Virus record (IMG/VR): IMGVR_UViG_3300032820_000001
Location: 96,001-160,000 of that record
Strand: one strand, 5' to 3'
From: a virus
Length of the DNA: 64,000 nucleotides
A model generated the notes under the pieces. That model worked only from the letters and a program-made list of their open reading frames with translations. It was not told the DNA's origin and did not search any database. Shown here piece after piece: positions 1 through 8,919 of the stretch. The position numbers and the translations under genes are program-made. Numbering within the stretch: position 1 is the first letter of the stretch; the number at the start of each line of letters is the position of its first letter.

Positions 1-7
1 TTTTCAT

Positions 8-805
8 TTACTTTCCTTTTTTCTTATAGTCGCCCTGTTTGGCGTTAATAGCAAAATTAAGTTGCTGGACGGTTTTTATTTCGGCTGCAGTTCTTTCGCC
101 CTTTTGCATCAGAGCGGCCTTCTTCCTCTCCAGCTCCTCTATTGTATAGTCAGTCCACTCGCCCGTAGATTTGATATCGCCCATCCAATCCTTATCTTTT
201 TTCTTCTTCTTTTTCTTCTTTGCTTCAAACTGTGGGACGTAATCTTTTTCCGTGGAGTCTGTTTCTGGATCGATAGCACCGCCGCGCTTTTCTTTCTCAT
301 CTTCATCGCCCTTTTTGTCACCACCTCTCATGGCGCGTTTGAGCTTATCGATGGCAGCGCCTGCTGAGGCGTCTTGATATTCAGACTCTTCCTGAACGCT
401 TGTTACTTCCTTTGAAAACTCCGGGTCTTTCATCATAATTCGGAAATTGTGAATCTGCTGCTCATATGCAGTGTTGCCCATGCTAGGTGCATTAAGTTGA
501 TCAGGGGGGACGACTTTTCCATTTAGGTCTCTCCAATTATTGGGGTCATCTGGAGAATTGTTGGGATCATATGTGGGATCGGCCCGGACTGTTTCTTCCA
601 GATCTGGGGCTCCCTCGGAGAAAGCTTTTGTTATTTCTTGAGCTACAAGTTCATCGAGGCTGATGGTTTCGTCATCTTGGGTGATATTGTCGCCATGCAT
701 TTGCGATGCGGGGCCATCGTTGATGTCCTCGTCTATGTTGATAAATTTTGCACTCTCAACTTCTTCTTTGATAATTTGTCTCAATCTAGATTTCTTGATT
801 TGCAT
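8..805 (-). CDS. Hypothetical virion/head-associated protein, 265 aa, acidic with a Lys7 tract
   Basis: Long ORF, ATG at 805 preceded by a GGAG RBS. N-terminus MQIKKSRLRQIIKEE. TAAATG junction: the next gene starts at ATG 7 and runs off the window edge. Confidence 0.8.
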   Translation of the reverse strand: MQIKKSRLRQIIKEEVESAKFINIDEDINDGPASQMHGDNITQDDETISLDELVAQEITKAFSEGAPDLEETVRADPTYDPNNSPDDPNNWRDLNGKVVPPDQLNAPSMGNTAYEQQIHNFRIMMKDPEFSKEVTSVQEESEYQDASAGAAIDKLKRAMRGGDKKGDEDEKEKRGGAIDPETDSTEKDYVPQFEAKKKKKKKKDKDWMGDIKSTGEWTDYTIEELERKKAALMQKGERTAAEIKTVQQLNFAINAKQGDYKKKGK

Positions 806-1049
806 TATTGTTCTCCTCTTTTTCTTTCGATAGTCGCATTAGGGTGTGGGCTTGGGCTTGTTTTACGATGCCGTTGATTATTTCGAGAAACAACAATTCC
901 TTGGTCAAATCTAAGTTGCCATCTTCGTCGGTGAAAAGTTGCTTATAGCCGCTAGTCACGGAATCAACAAGCTCCTCAGCGCCAGGAAGACTGTGGTCTA
1001 TCATCCCGATTTTATGGCGTGGATTGTGTATCTCAACTAGAATAGCCAT
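786..1049 (-). CDS. Hypothetical protein, 87 aa (MAILVEIH...)
   Basis: ATG at 1049 overlaps the TGA of the protease gene (ATGA coupling). The ORF-track start at 1064 lies inside the upstream gene. Confidence 0.7.
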   Translation of the reverse strand: MAILVEIHNPRHKIGMIDHSLPGAEELVDSVTSGYKQLFTDEDGNLDLTKELLFLEIINGIVKQAQAHTLMRLSKEKEENNNANQEI

Positions 1050-1666
1050 CACTTGTTCTCCCAAGGTTTCAGAATTTCGTTGAGAGCTCTATTAATCCGG
1101 TCGGCTTTAGTTACAATGTTATCGCTTCTCTCTTTTCCTTCCTTCATCATGAAGGCACCAGTCGTAGACGGTTCGGAAACAAAATCAAAACAAATTAATT
1201 GAAAGTCATCTTGAACAATCGTTTCGCCGCCAGAGGCTTCGGCTACGGAACCAAGGCCGCGAGAGGAGATTCCAAGCTTTACGCCGCCATCAACAAGGTT
1301 GCGGAGAATTTGGCCAGATGGGGTATTGAGAACCTGAACTTTTCCTTTCACGTCGTCGCCATCCCACCACACATCAGTAACGATGTGAGATGCATTTTTA
1401 AGATTAACCACGTCGGAGTCTGGGTGATCAAGTTCTCCCACCGCCCTTCGGTCTCTAACAATCTTCTTGTAATTTTCCACTTCTCGTTGAAGTGTTTTAC
1501 GGGGATACTTTCTGCCGTTGCCGTTTTTAGCCTCCGCTCTCTGCATCACGCCCGTAAGAAACGTGGCTCCTTCTTTCACCAATTGCTTTTCAGCTTCGGT
1601 AAGAAGATCTTCACATGTACCATTGGGGCACAATTCATAATATTCTGTGAGCAAAAACTTTGACAT
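1049..1666 (-). CDS. gp21: Prohead core protease, T4 gp21-like
   Basis: Motifs NGNGRKYP, GELDHP (catalytic His), LGISSRGLG (catalytic Ser) and DFVSEPST. GGAG RBS before ATG 1666. Sits in the head module near the portal. Confidence 0.93.
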   Translation of the reverse strand: MSKFLLTEYYELCPNGTCEDLLTEAEKQLVKEGATFLTGVMQRAEAKNGNGRKYPRKTLQREVENYKKIVRDRRAVGELDHPDSDVVNLKNASHIVTDVWWDGDDVKGKVQVLNTPSGQILRNLVDGGVKLGISSRGLGSVAEASGGETIVQDDFQLICFDFVSEPSTTGAFMMKEGKERSDNIVTKADRINRALNEILKPWENK

Positions 1667-1678
1667 CAAATTCTCCAT

Positions 1679-1768
1679 CTAAAAAGCGGGCACAACCCGC
1701 TCGAATATGTTACCCTTGCAACAGCGTCTTACTGGTTGCAACATCCACCTTTTGATTGTGTAATTCAT
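1679..1768 (-). CDS. Putative 29-aa overlapping small ORF MNYTIKRWMLQPVRRCCKGNIFERVVPAF
   Basis: ATG 1768 has GAGGGA about 7 nt upstream. It is in an alternative frame over the 3' end of the 1710..2051 gene. TAG at 1681-1679 directly precedes the protease RBS. Confidence 0.45.
   Translation of the reverse strand: MNYTIKRWMLQPVRRCCKGNIFERVVPAF
1681..1701 (-). terminator. Intrinsic terminator-like hairpin upstream of the protease gene
   Basis: The minus strand reads AGCGGG-TTGTG-CCCGCT followed by TTTT. Confidence 0.6.
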
Positions 1769-2051
1769 GTTTAATTCCCTCGTCGCCAAAACTCTGACAC
1801 AAAATATAACTTGTTCCAGAGGAAAGACAGCCCAACAAAAACCCTGTTAGGATGCTATTATCGAAGGTAAATAGTGCGGTGAAATCGTTTATTCCCCAAA
1901 GAAATAAGCCAACCCAAAATCCTACGCACATAGAGCAGGAAAAAAGTTGACAGAACCACCCGTCTGCGGGGCGGATTTTATCAAATATGGTTCCGTAAAC
2001 GATGATTTGTGTTAGGCCATAGGCACACAAAACAAACAACAAGAGGTTCAT
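1710..2051 (-). CDS. Membrane protein, DUF1360-like, 113 aa
   Basis: Three hydrophobic segments and a CSMCVGFW motif. ATG at 2051 overlaps the upstream TAA (TAATG). Confidence 0.7.
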   Translation of the reverse strand: MNLLLFVLCAYGLTQIIVYGTIFDKIRPADGWFCQLFSCSMCVGFWVGLFLWGINDFTALFTFDNSILTGFLLGCLSSGTSYILCQSFGDEGIKHELHNQKVDVATSKTLLQG

Positions 2052-2587
2052 TAAACGTTCCAGTATCCTCTCAATTTTCCAATGGAGCCCTTCTTGGGGG
2101 CTTGTGGCACTTCGCCAAGTTCGGTAGAATCTTCCGGAGTGGGGTCGACCCAATCATCAATCTCATTTTCTTTGTAAGCTTTCTCGTAAATAAAGTACGG
2201 GCGCTCTTCTTCCATAAATTTCCCCAAAGACAGCATAACAACTTTGGTGGCATCTAAGCCGCCAGTTGGGTTAGGAACTTGAGCCTCAATTGAACCATAG
2301 ACATTCCCGCCGCGTATTGACTCTGGAATAACTACGCCCTTTTTTGCAAGGTAATCAAACATTCTATTTTGTGCTGCGTAAACATTCTCGTTTTGAACTT
2401 CCTTGGCAAACGTAACAACTTTTTTGTTTGACGGCATGTACACAATGTCAATATCAATGTGATCAAAGATCATAATATTTCCGTCGAGGGAGCGACGAGC
2501 GTTCATCTCAAACGAAATAGGTCGGTTGTCTGAGCCTATCTCTTTTTCATTTTCGGTTGCCGAATCAACTTCTACTTCAATTGTCAT
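2051..2587 (-). CDS. Hypothetical protein, 178 aa
   Basis: Long ORF coupled to both neighbours by TAATG junctions. Confidence 0.8.
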   Translation of the reverse strand: MTIEVEVDSATENEKEIGSDNRPISFEMNARRSLDGNIMIFDHIDIDIVYMPSNKKVVTFAKEVQNENVYAAQNRMFDYLAKKGVVIPESIRGGNVYGSIEAQVPNPTGGLDATKVVMLSLGKFMEEERPYFIYEKAYKENEIDDWVDPTPEDSTELGEVPQAPKKGSIGKLRGYWNV

Positions 2588-3402
2588 TATGATTCAACCT
2601 CTCTAACAAAATTCTGAATGTTTAGCACTTGTCTCACTAACTCCTCGTCAATCGGCTTCTTCGGGGCATTTTCCAGAAGAGCATAAACATCGTTTGTGGA
2701 CTTCTTCATTTCTGAGTCTTTGGAAATTTCCTCACAGTCAAGAGACTTCATTACTTTTTCCTTGAGTCTGCCGATCTCTTCATTCATGTAGAGTTTAAAT
2801 TCTATACCATTATCCGCAAAAGAAGAAACATACTTTCCAAGAAGTTCCTTTTGTTCGCTGGGCAGTACAGAAGAGTATTCTTCATTAAATTTAGAAACAA
2901 AGGATTTATATACAATATTATCCACGGGTTTCATATCGCCATCAGGCGCGTCTTTGGTCATAGTGTCTAAAACAACGTTCTCCAAAAGAATTCTACTTTT
3001 AGCATCGGACTCCCTGGAAAATATTTGTGAAATGGTAGCTAGATATTTATAATTTCCGACAAAGTTAGAGAATACTGATTTTGATAGCTTTTTGTTAATG
3101 GTGTTGATCATTGATGTTTGTTCTTCGAACAACTTCTCTTTATTGATGTCTTCGTAATCTCTCTTTACTTCTTGCAAAATTCTATTGGCGGTCTCTTTAT
3201 CACACTCAACAGACTCACTCAAGCTTCTATAAAGATCCAACTCTTTCCTAAGTTCTGTTCCGCGTTGGAAATACGAACGAATAATGGAGGTTACTCCCTC
3301 TTTCTTTTTTTCGTCCTTCTCCACAATTGCTTTGGTGATCTCCCTACTCAGAGCCTCAAAAATAAAAGCAGTGTTTCTTTTTTTGTTGTGTTTAGCTTTC
3401 AT
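2587..3402 (-). CDS. Hypothetical helical protein downstream of the portal, 271 aa
   Basis: Long ORF (MKAKHNKKRNTAFIFEAL) overlapping the portal stop by 11 nt. Confidence 0.82.
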   Translation of the reverse strand: MKAKHNKKRNTAFIFEALSREITKAIVEKDEKKKEGVTSIIRSYFQRGTELRKELDLYRSLSESVECDKETANRILQEVKRDYEDINKEKLFEEQTSMINTINKKLSKSVFSNFVGNYKYLATISQIFSRESDAKSRILLENVVLDTMTKDAPDGDMKPVDNIVYKSFVSKFNEEYSSVLPSEQKELLGKYVSSFADNGIEFKLYMNEEIGRLKEKVMKSLDCEEISKDSEMKKSTNDVYALLENAPKKPIDEELVRQVLNIQNFVREVES

Positions 3403-5362
3403 CGTTATTCTCCGGGGCTTTCGAGTGGGCTAGAGATTCCGCAAACTTGTCCAACTCGTTCTTTGCTCTAAAGATTTTGTTTTCATCTTCTAGGTAATTA
3501 GTGTCTTTTGATTCAAATACCCCATTTGCAAGGCCGCTAAGATCTTTTAAGCCAGGATGAGTGTTGGTTTTTGTATTTCTTGCATATGAATCACCGCCGT
3601 GGGCTTTTGCGCTGTAACGGCGCGCAGCGGCCTTGTGGCCACCTTGGCCACGCTTTTCATAAGTCTTTCCTTTTGACCTTCGTGTTGTCGTTTTTTGACC
3701 AATTGAAACATTAGAATTTCTCCTGGCGGGGGGTGCGACCAATAGCGTCTCATCCTCGCCTGTGTCGGCAGTGTCTGCGCCAAGATCATCGCCGCCAAGA
3801 TCATCGCCGCCAAGATCATCGCCGCCAAGATCATCATCGCCAAGATCAAGATCATCGTCGCCGCCTAGATCATCGTCACCAAAGTCTCCGCCTCCGGAAT
3901 CTGTCGCTTCTGGTACTTCACCAGCAGCTTCCAACTGTGCGTTGAGTTTCCTATCAAAAAATTGCTCTCTCTGCATTCGAATAATCTCGTCATCAGTAAG
4001 ACCGAAGATCTTCTGAGCGATCCAACGCTGACTGAAAAATCCCTCGGTTGCTCCGCTGGCGACATCAAATTTAGTGCGCCAGTGTTCCAACTCCTGAAGT
4101 TCTGCAATTTTAGAAGGATTGTTAAGAGACAAAGTGAAGCTCACCAAGTCATCTCCACGGAAGCCAATAGTATACAAGTGAATGATTCCCATCTTTTCAA
4201 TCTCTGAAAGGATACTTCTCTGTAATCTTTGAATTGTACGAGCGAAGCGGATGTCTTTTTGGGCCAGTGTTGATTTGTCTTCGTCTGCTCCTTCGCCTCG
4301 TGAGAGGTAGGACTGAGGAACCTTAAGCGCAGAGAACAATTTATCTCTGAGATATTTAACATCGTCGATATCGCCAGTGAATGTTCCTCCGGCAAGATTC
4401 TCAATCTTTGAAGATGAGTCTCCGCGCACTGGAACAAAATAATCTTCTTCTACCGATAGGGGATTGTACCTTAAATCAACTCTTCCGGTTTGTGAATCAA
4501 CAATCTGGTTTCGTTTCATTTGAGTCATTACACGCTGCATATATTGTTCAACGTCTTGGGGGGCGATGTTTCCGACATCAATATAAAATACGCGGCGCTC
4601 AGGTGAGCGTACAATACGATAAGACATCATTGCATCTTCAAGGAGAGTTAATTGACGCCAGATCCTACGAGCTGGTTCTAAGACGGAGGTTCCATAAGGA
4701 GAATATTTATCATTCCCCAAAATTCTAAAATGAGCAACCTGCCAGTTTTCAAATGTCATTCCGCCGGAGTTCCACTGGAATTGGACGTAGTTTGGATTTG
4801 TGGGGTCTTCGCCTTCCATTCTCTCCACCTCTTGTGGCGGGAGACCAATTACATTTTTAATCCCCTCTTCCTCATCAATGTCGAGGTATAGGAAATAATC
4901 TCCGTACTTGCACATTGTGCGCGACCAGCCAAAAAGATTAAAATTGATGTTTAGAATGTTAGTATATAAGGATTCCAGAATCGTTTTTATTTCTTCGTTC
5001 TGACACTCGATGCTCAACATAGGTTGTAAGTGTGTATTGGTTGTCATCTCATCAGCATATATATCCATGGAAGATGCTATTTCTGGAGTGTACTCCATTT
5101 GATCAAAATCCATATATCTCTCTGCCCTGTTTTGGTTCGAGATTTGGTTGGTCTGCATGACGTCAAAAGGGTTGTAAGTTGACTTTTTAAATTGCAAGCC
5201 ACTTGTGGAATAGAATTGAGATCGGTATTTGTTAAGATCTTTGCGTCGCTGCTTGCGATACATTTGGACTCGACGATTTACAATCGGGCCCGAAAATAAT
5301 CTTGTTAGCTTTTTAAAAAGCTGGGACGTTGGGTTTCTGGGGTTAGTTCTTTGTTCAGCCAT
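3392..5362 (-). CDS. gp20: Portal vertex protein, T4 gp20-like, with a long disordered C-terminal tail
   Basis: Motifs WRQLTLLEDAMMSYRIVRSPERRVFYIDVGN, EEDYFVP, DVKYLRDKLFSALKVP and DIRFARTIQRLQ. Adjacent to the terminase. Confidence 0.96.
   Translation of the reverse strand: MAEQRTNPRNPTSQLFKKLTRLFSGPIVNRRVQMYRKQRRKDLNKYRSQFYSTSGLQFKKSTYNPFDVMQTNQISNQNRAERYMDFDQMEYTPEIASSMDIYADEMTTNTHLQPMLSIECQNEEIKTILESLYTNILNINFNLFGWSRTMCKYGDYFLYLDIDEEEGIKNVIGLPPQEVERMEGEDPTNPNYVQFQWNSGGMTFENWQVAHFRILGNDKYSPYGTSVLEPARRIWRQLTLLEDAMMSYRIVRSPERRVFYIDVGNIAPQDVEQYMQRVMTQMKRNQIVDSQTGRVDLRYNPLSVEEDYFVPVRGDSSSKIENLAGGTFTGDIDDVKYLRDKLFSALKVPQSYLSRGEGADEDKSTLAQKDIRFARTIQRLQRSILSEIEKMGIIHLYTIGFRGDDLVSFTLSLNNPSKIAELQELEHWRTKFDVASGATEGFFSQRWIAQKIFGLTDDEIIRMQREQFFDRKLNAQLEAAGEVPEATDSGGGDFGDDDLGGDDDLDLGDDDLGGDDLGGDDLGGDDLGADTADTGEDETLLVAPPARRNSNVSIGQKTTTRRSKGKTYEKRGQGGHKAAARRYSAKAHGGDSYARNTKTNTHPGLKDLSGLANGVFESKDTNYLEDENKIFRAKNELDKFAESLAHSKAPENNDES
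3779..3880. repeat. 15-bp tandem repeat (gccaagatcatcgcc, three perfect copies plus degenerate copies) encoding GGDDL repeats in the portal tail
   Basis: Read directly at 3779-3823 (perfect copies), degenerate to about 3880. Confidence 0.9.
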
Positions 5363-5365
5363 TTC

Positions 5366-6961
5366 TTATCCTTTATAGAGCCACATAAACTCTTGGTACT
5401 CCTTCAGGGTGTTGTCTGCCTCTGTACCTTTATCTGTATCTAGTATTCTATTATAACCCACTTGTCCATTTATTTTAGTATTTATTTTAGTATTTGCAAC
5501 AATCATTGAATCTAAACAAGCCTTACTGTATTCGACAGACCTACTGTTTGTCAGTATGGCCGTATCCCTTACCCAACACGCAATTGCAAGCGACATAACG
5601 AGATCATCGTTGTATCCTCGCATTGCCTGGGGGCGTCCATTGTTCCACACGAAAGTTCGCAATTCGCTGATAAAACGTATAGAACTCACTTTAAGTAGTT
5701 TATTTCTTATATATTCCTCCAATTTTGCAATGATTAGAGGTCTGGTCTTCATAGAAGTAGTAAACCCTGGGACCGTAGAGGACTTTGTTTCTGCAACGAG
5801 GGGGTCTACATACTCATGTGATCCCTTCTCAGAGTAATATAAATTGGGGTACTGCATAGCTATCAACTTTTCTAAGATGTTGAAGCCAATGTTGTTGTTT
5901 TCAACAACCAGCATGCACCCTCCAAACTCTCTTCCTGTTGTGCTGAGGAGGGCTGCAAACGAATCTAAGTTTGGCTTTCCTTGATATTCTGCGACCACTT
6001 CCATCGTTTCCAGCTTCACTATGTTAAACACTGAAAAATCTTTTCCGTCTCCCCGCGCAACGTCAGCAACCAATAAATATGTGTTTCCCGGCTGGTATTC
6101 TTCCCATATCCACAAATTTCTATCGAATGCGGTCTGGTACTTTGGTGCAGTTGCGGAAGCTTCCAATCTCCCAATATCGTCGGGGTGAATAACCGATTCG
6201 CCTGAAGCGAGGAATGAACACTCAAGTTCTTGCGCGATGTCGCGGCGAGACATGTTTCGTGTTTCTTTTTCAAACCAAGACTTATCTCTGTCGGGGTGCT
6301 CGTCCCATAGAAGAGTGGTGGCATGAAAATCATTTCTACTTTCCATTGAGTCCGAAAATGTTTTGTGAAACCAGTTGCCGACGCCATTTGGAGTTGATAG
6401 TGCGATGCATCGTCCACCAGTAGATAGGGTGGGGTAAAGACCCATCCACAATTCATCAAGACCTTCTACGTGGGCGGCCTCGTCAACAACCAATAAAGAC
6501 AAAGCCTCAGAACGACCAGCATCGCCAGTTGTCGAAGAAGCCTTTATTTGAGATCCGTTTGATAGCTCAAACGAGGATCGATTATCAATTGTAATAGTTG
6601 CCGTGGCCATCCACGGTGGCAGATTCTTAATGATTTGCTTAACCTTCTTAACAAGGTTAGATGCTGTACCAAACTTTGTCGCGACCACAAGAACATTCTT
6701 TTCTTTGTGGAACATCATAAGCCATGCAATATAGGCTCCGGAGATTGTCGAGATACCCAATTGCCGGGCTTTCAGAATAACGTTAAAGCGATAATCTGCG
6801 AAATCTTTCAGAAGCTGTGTCTGAAATGGGTATGTTTTAAATGGGATTTGCCCCTTGAGGGGGTGAGAAATTCGAGCGTATGTGTTAGTGAAATATACAG
6901 GATCCTTGCCACACTTGACAATCTCCTGTATAATTTGTTTCTTCGTTAGCTGGTAGGCCAT
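5366..6961 (-). CDS. gp17: Terminase large subunit, T4 gp17-like
   Basis: Walker A region LKARQLGIST, Walker B VVDEAA, coupling motif STPNG. Nuclease residues VADVARG and DDLVMSLAI. Confidence 0.96.
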   Translation of the reverse strand: MAYQLTKKQIIQEIVKCGKDPVYFTNTYARISHPLKGQIPFKTYPFQTQLLKDFADYRFNVILKARQLGISTISGAYIAWLMMFHKEKNVLVVATKFGTASNLVKKVKQIIKNLPPWMATATITIDNRSSFELSNGSQIKASSTTGDAGRSEALSLLVVDEAAHVEGLDELWMGLYPTLSTGGRCIALSTPNGVGNWFHKTFSDSMESRNDFHATTLLWDEHPDRDKSWFEKETRNMSRRDIAQELECSFLASGESVIHPDDIGRLEASATAPKYQTAFDRNLWIWEEYQPGNTYLLVADVARGDGKDFSVFNIVKLETMEVVAEYQGKPNLDSFAALLSTTGREFGGCMLVVENNNIGFNILEKLIAMQYPNLYYSEKGSHEYVDPLVAETKSSTVPGFTTSMKTRPLIIAKLEEYIRNKLLKVSSIRFISELRTFVWNNGRPQAMRGYNDDLVMSLAIACWVRDTAILTNSRSVEYSKACLDSMIVANTKINTKINGQVGYNRILDTDKGTEADNTLKEYQEFMWLYKG

Positions 6962-6969
6962 GCATCGCT

Positions 6970-7509
6970 CTACTTTTCATTTGCTTTTGGTGTTATAGAC
7001 ACATTCTCTGGCTTCTTTGCATTTTTACCTAACGCAAGAAAAGACTTGATTGTTGAATCAATATCATTCTTATCTTTCACGTCGTGCCCTTCAACTCCTT
7101 TAATTTCATAGTCACAGTGAGCTTGAACCCACGATCTGATCCTGGAAGTGGTCTGGACATTGCCCATTGTGAGGCTTCCTTTCTTCTTTAATTTCAGGGC
7201 CTCACCGGTGATTTTCTTATATTCCTTTTTCAAAAACTTGGTAACTTCTTCAATGGCGTGTTCGACTTCGCCCTTTAATTTGTTGGTTGTAACTTCTTTA
7301 GTTCCAACTTCGCGGTGGTAATTCACGCGCATCGTGGTGCCCAAGAGCTTCACGCCAAAACCATCGAGAACTCGACGGTCAGTGATTGGTGTTGGCTTGT
7401 CTCTCTCTAGTCCAATGTCAAGAGGCTCACCCTCATCATTGACGGCGCCGTCATGTGCGTTGGCCGCAGCTTGGTTAATTCCCTTAACAATATCTAATAT
7501 GTTTGACAT
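6970..7509 (-). CDS. Hypothetical protein directly upstream of the terminase, 179 aa
   Basis: Long ORF with a GGGGTG RBS-like sequence. No family recognised. Confidence 0.8.
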   Translation of the reverse strand: MSNILDIVKGINQAAANAHDGAVNDEGEPLDIGLERDKPTPITDRRVLDGFGVKLLGTTMRVNYHREVGTKEVTTNKLKGEVEHAIEEVTKFLKKEYKKITGEALKLKKKGSLTMGNVQTTSRIRSWVQAHCDYEIKGVEGHDVKDKNDIDSTIKSFLALGKNAKKPENVSITPKANEK

Positions 7510-7527
7510 TTTAAATCACCCCTTTTT

Positions 7528-7719
7528 CTATTTATTTTCTTTTCGGTCATTCCTGACCTCAATGATCTCTGCTCTCATGTCTTTAAGGAGTTTAATAACC
7601 TCCATCGCACGTTTGCGAATTCGCGTTCCAGCGGTCGCATTTCCACGATCAAACTTATCAGCATCCTTACATCCGTCACAAAGCATCTCAACAATATCTT
7701 CTAAATCATCTTTAATCAT
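7528..7719 (-). CDS. Histone H1-like Hc1-family N-terminal-domain protein, 63 aa
   Basis: DADKFDRGNATAGTRIRKRAMEVIKLLKDMR resembles the chlamydial Hc1 core (DLAKAEKGNKAAAQRVR). GGAG RBS before ATG 7719. Confidence 0.7.
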   Translation of the reverse strand: MIKDDLEDIVEMLCDGCKDADKFDRGNATAGTRIRKRAMEVIKLLKDMRAEIIEVRNDRKENK

Positions 7720-8107
7720 TTTTGTTCTCCACCACATTTGGTCGCCATCCTGACTCCCATCTCTCTTCTCTGCCTTCAACAAACTTAATGTAGCACTTTA
7801 AACAACATACAAAGCGATTCATATATAAATCATCTTTCTTATCAAAAGAGTAAGTGCCACAAACAGGGCAGGCCCTGTCGCTCGTCTTATTAATTAGTTT
7901 TTTGGATAACAAAAACCCGTTTAATTCGACTTTATCGCTAGCCTCAGAGACTTTCTGGTGTTTTTTTGTAGTTTTTTTGACCTGTTCAATATAATCTTTC
8001 TCTTTGTCTTCATCCCACAACGACTTTGGATTAACAATTGCCTCGTCACCATACTTCTTAGAAATGGCCTTTTCAATTGCTGCAATATCGTTTGTGTCTT
8101 TTTTCAT
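7712..8107 (-). CDS. Hypothetical protein with a zinc-finger-like motif, 131 aa
   Basis: CPVC ... CCLKC motif. ATGA coupling to the upstream gene. Confidence 0.75.
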   Translation of the reverse strand: MKKDTNDIAAIEKAISKKYGDEAIVNPKSLWDEDKEKDYIEQVKKTTKKHQKVSEASDKVELNGFLLSKKLINKTSDRACPVCGTYSFDKKDDLYMNRFVCCLKCYIKFVEGREERWESGWRPNVVENKND

Positions 8108-8544
8108 GCATCGCCTTGGGAGGTCTTAACGGCAGCATAGAAAATAGCAATCGAAGTTGCGATCCCCGCAACGACACCGCCAACAAACCACCACTCGCTA
8201 TAATCAGCAGACACATCCCTGAGAGCTCCCTGGAGTCTTGTAATTTCTGTGTCCTTAATCTTCGTGATGGCTGTATGTTTCTCGTGCAGGGATTGGAGTT
8301 TCGCCGCAAGAATATCCTTCTCCAGTTCACAATTTGCTTTCGCCTTCTTTGCATCGTGCTCTGATCTAATCTTGCACTTTTCAGTAGCATATTCGTGAGC
8401 CGAGATTACCTTGGCTGCAGAGGGGCCATCAAGAATGATCCCGCTGAACGGGGCTCGTTGGCCTTTCGTAATTGGCTCTGCCACAATCTCGTCGGCAAAG
8501 ACAGGGAAACTGAATAACAGTGATAATAGTATTAGTGTTCTCAT
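8104..8544 (-). CDS. Exported coiled-coil protein with a C-terminal membrane anchor (spanin-like candidate)
   Basis: Signal peptide MRTLILLSLLFSFPVFA, central coiled coil, C-terminal TM WWFVGGVVAGIATSIAIFYAAV. Confidence 0.6.
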   Translation of the reverse strand: MRTLILLSLLFSFPVFADEIVAEPITKGQRAPFSGIILDGPSAAKVISAHEYATEKCKIRSEHDAKKAKANCELEKDILAAKLQSLHEKHTAITKIKDTEITRLQGALRDVSADYSEWWFVGGVVAGIATSIAIFYAAVKTSQGDA

Positions 8545-8547
8545 AAT

Positions 8548-8919
8548 TTAATCTTTCTTGGAAAATGCCTTCTTCATTTCTTCGGCGAGCAATTCCATTT
8601 CGAGGTCTTTAAGATCTTTTTCTCTTTTCCTTTTATCTCCCTCGGCTTTTTCGAGGGCTGCAGATTCTTCGGAAACGATGTCCTGCAGATCTTTGGAGAA
8701 TTTCTTGGCGCTCTTTTCAATCTTTGCGTTCTCTTTTTCGTTGGCAGAATTGACGGCTGCAAGTTCATTCTTGTGACTCTCCATCGATCCGATCAGCAAG
8801 TCAACAAGTTGTTCGACTTTTCCTCGGTGGAAAACAAACGCAACAAGAATGGCAACAAACACCACCGGAAAATACCAATAATGTTTGAGCCAAAGGAAAA
8901 CCTTCTTTAAAGTTGTCAT
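8548..8919 (-). CDS. Inner-membrane-anchored coiled-coil protein (i-spanin-like)
   Basis: N-terminal TM YFPVVFVAILVAFVF followed by a charged coiled coil. Directly downstream of the holin-like gene. Confidence 0.55.
   Translation of the reverse strand: MTTLKKVFLWLKHYWYFPVVFVAILVAFVFHRGKVEQLVDLLIGSMESHKNELAAVNSANEKENAKIEKSAKKFSKDLQDIVSEESAALEKAEGDKRKREKDLKDLEMELLAEEMKKAFSKKD

Noticed and set aside
3779-3880. Tandem repeat as a possible CRISPR or regulatory array
   Set aside because: There are no spacers, the 15-bp unit preserves frame, and it lies inside the portal CDS.
3547-4016. ORFs with striking repeats (RRQDH, SSPPR, MILAA) at 3547..3855, 3733..3945 and 3762..4016
   Set aside because: They are alternative-frame or antisense shadows of the portal GGDDL 15-bp repeat, with no independent RBS.
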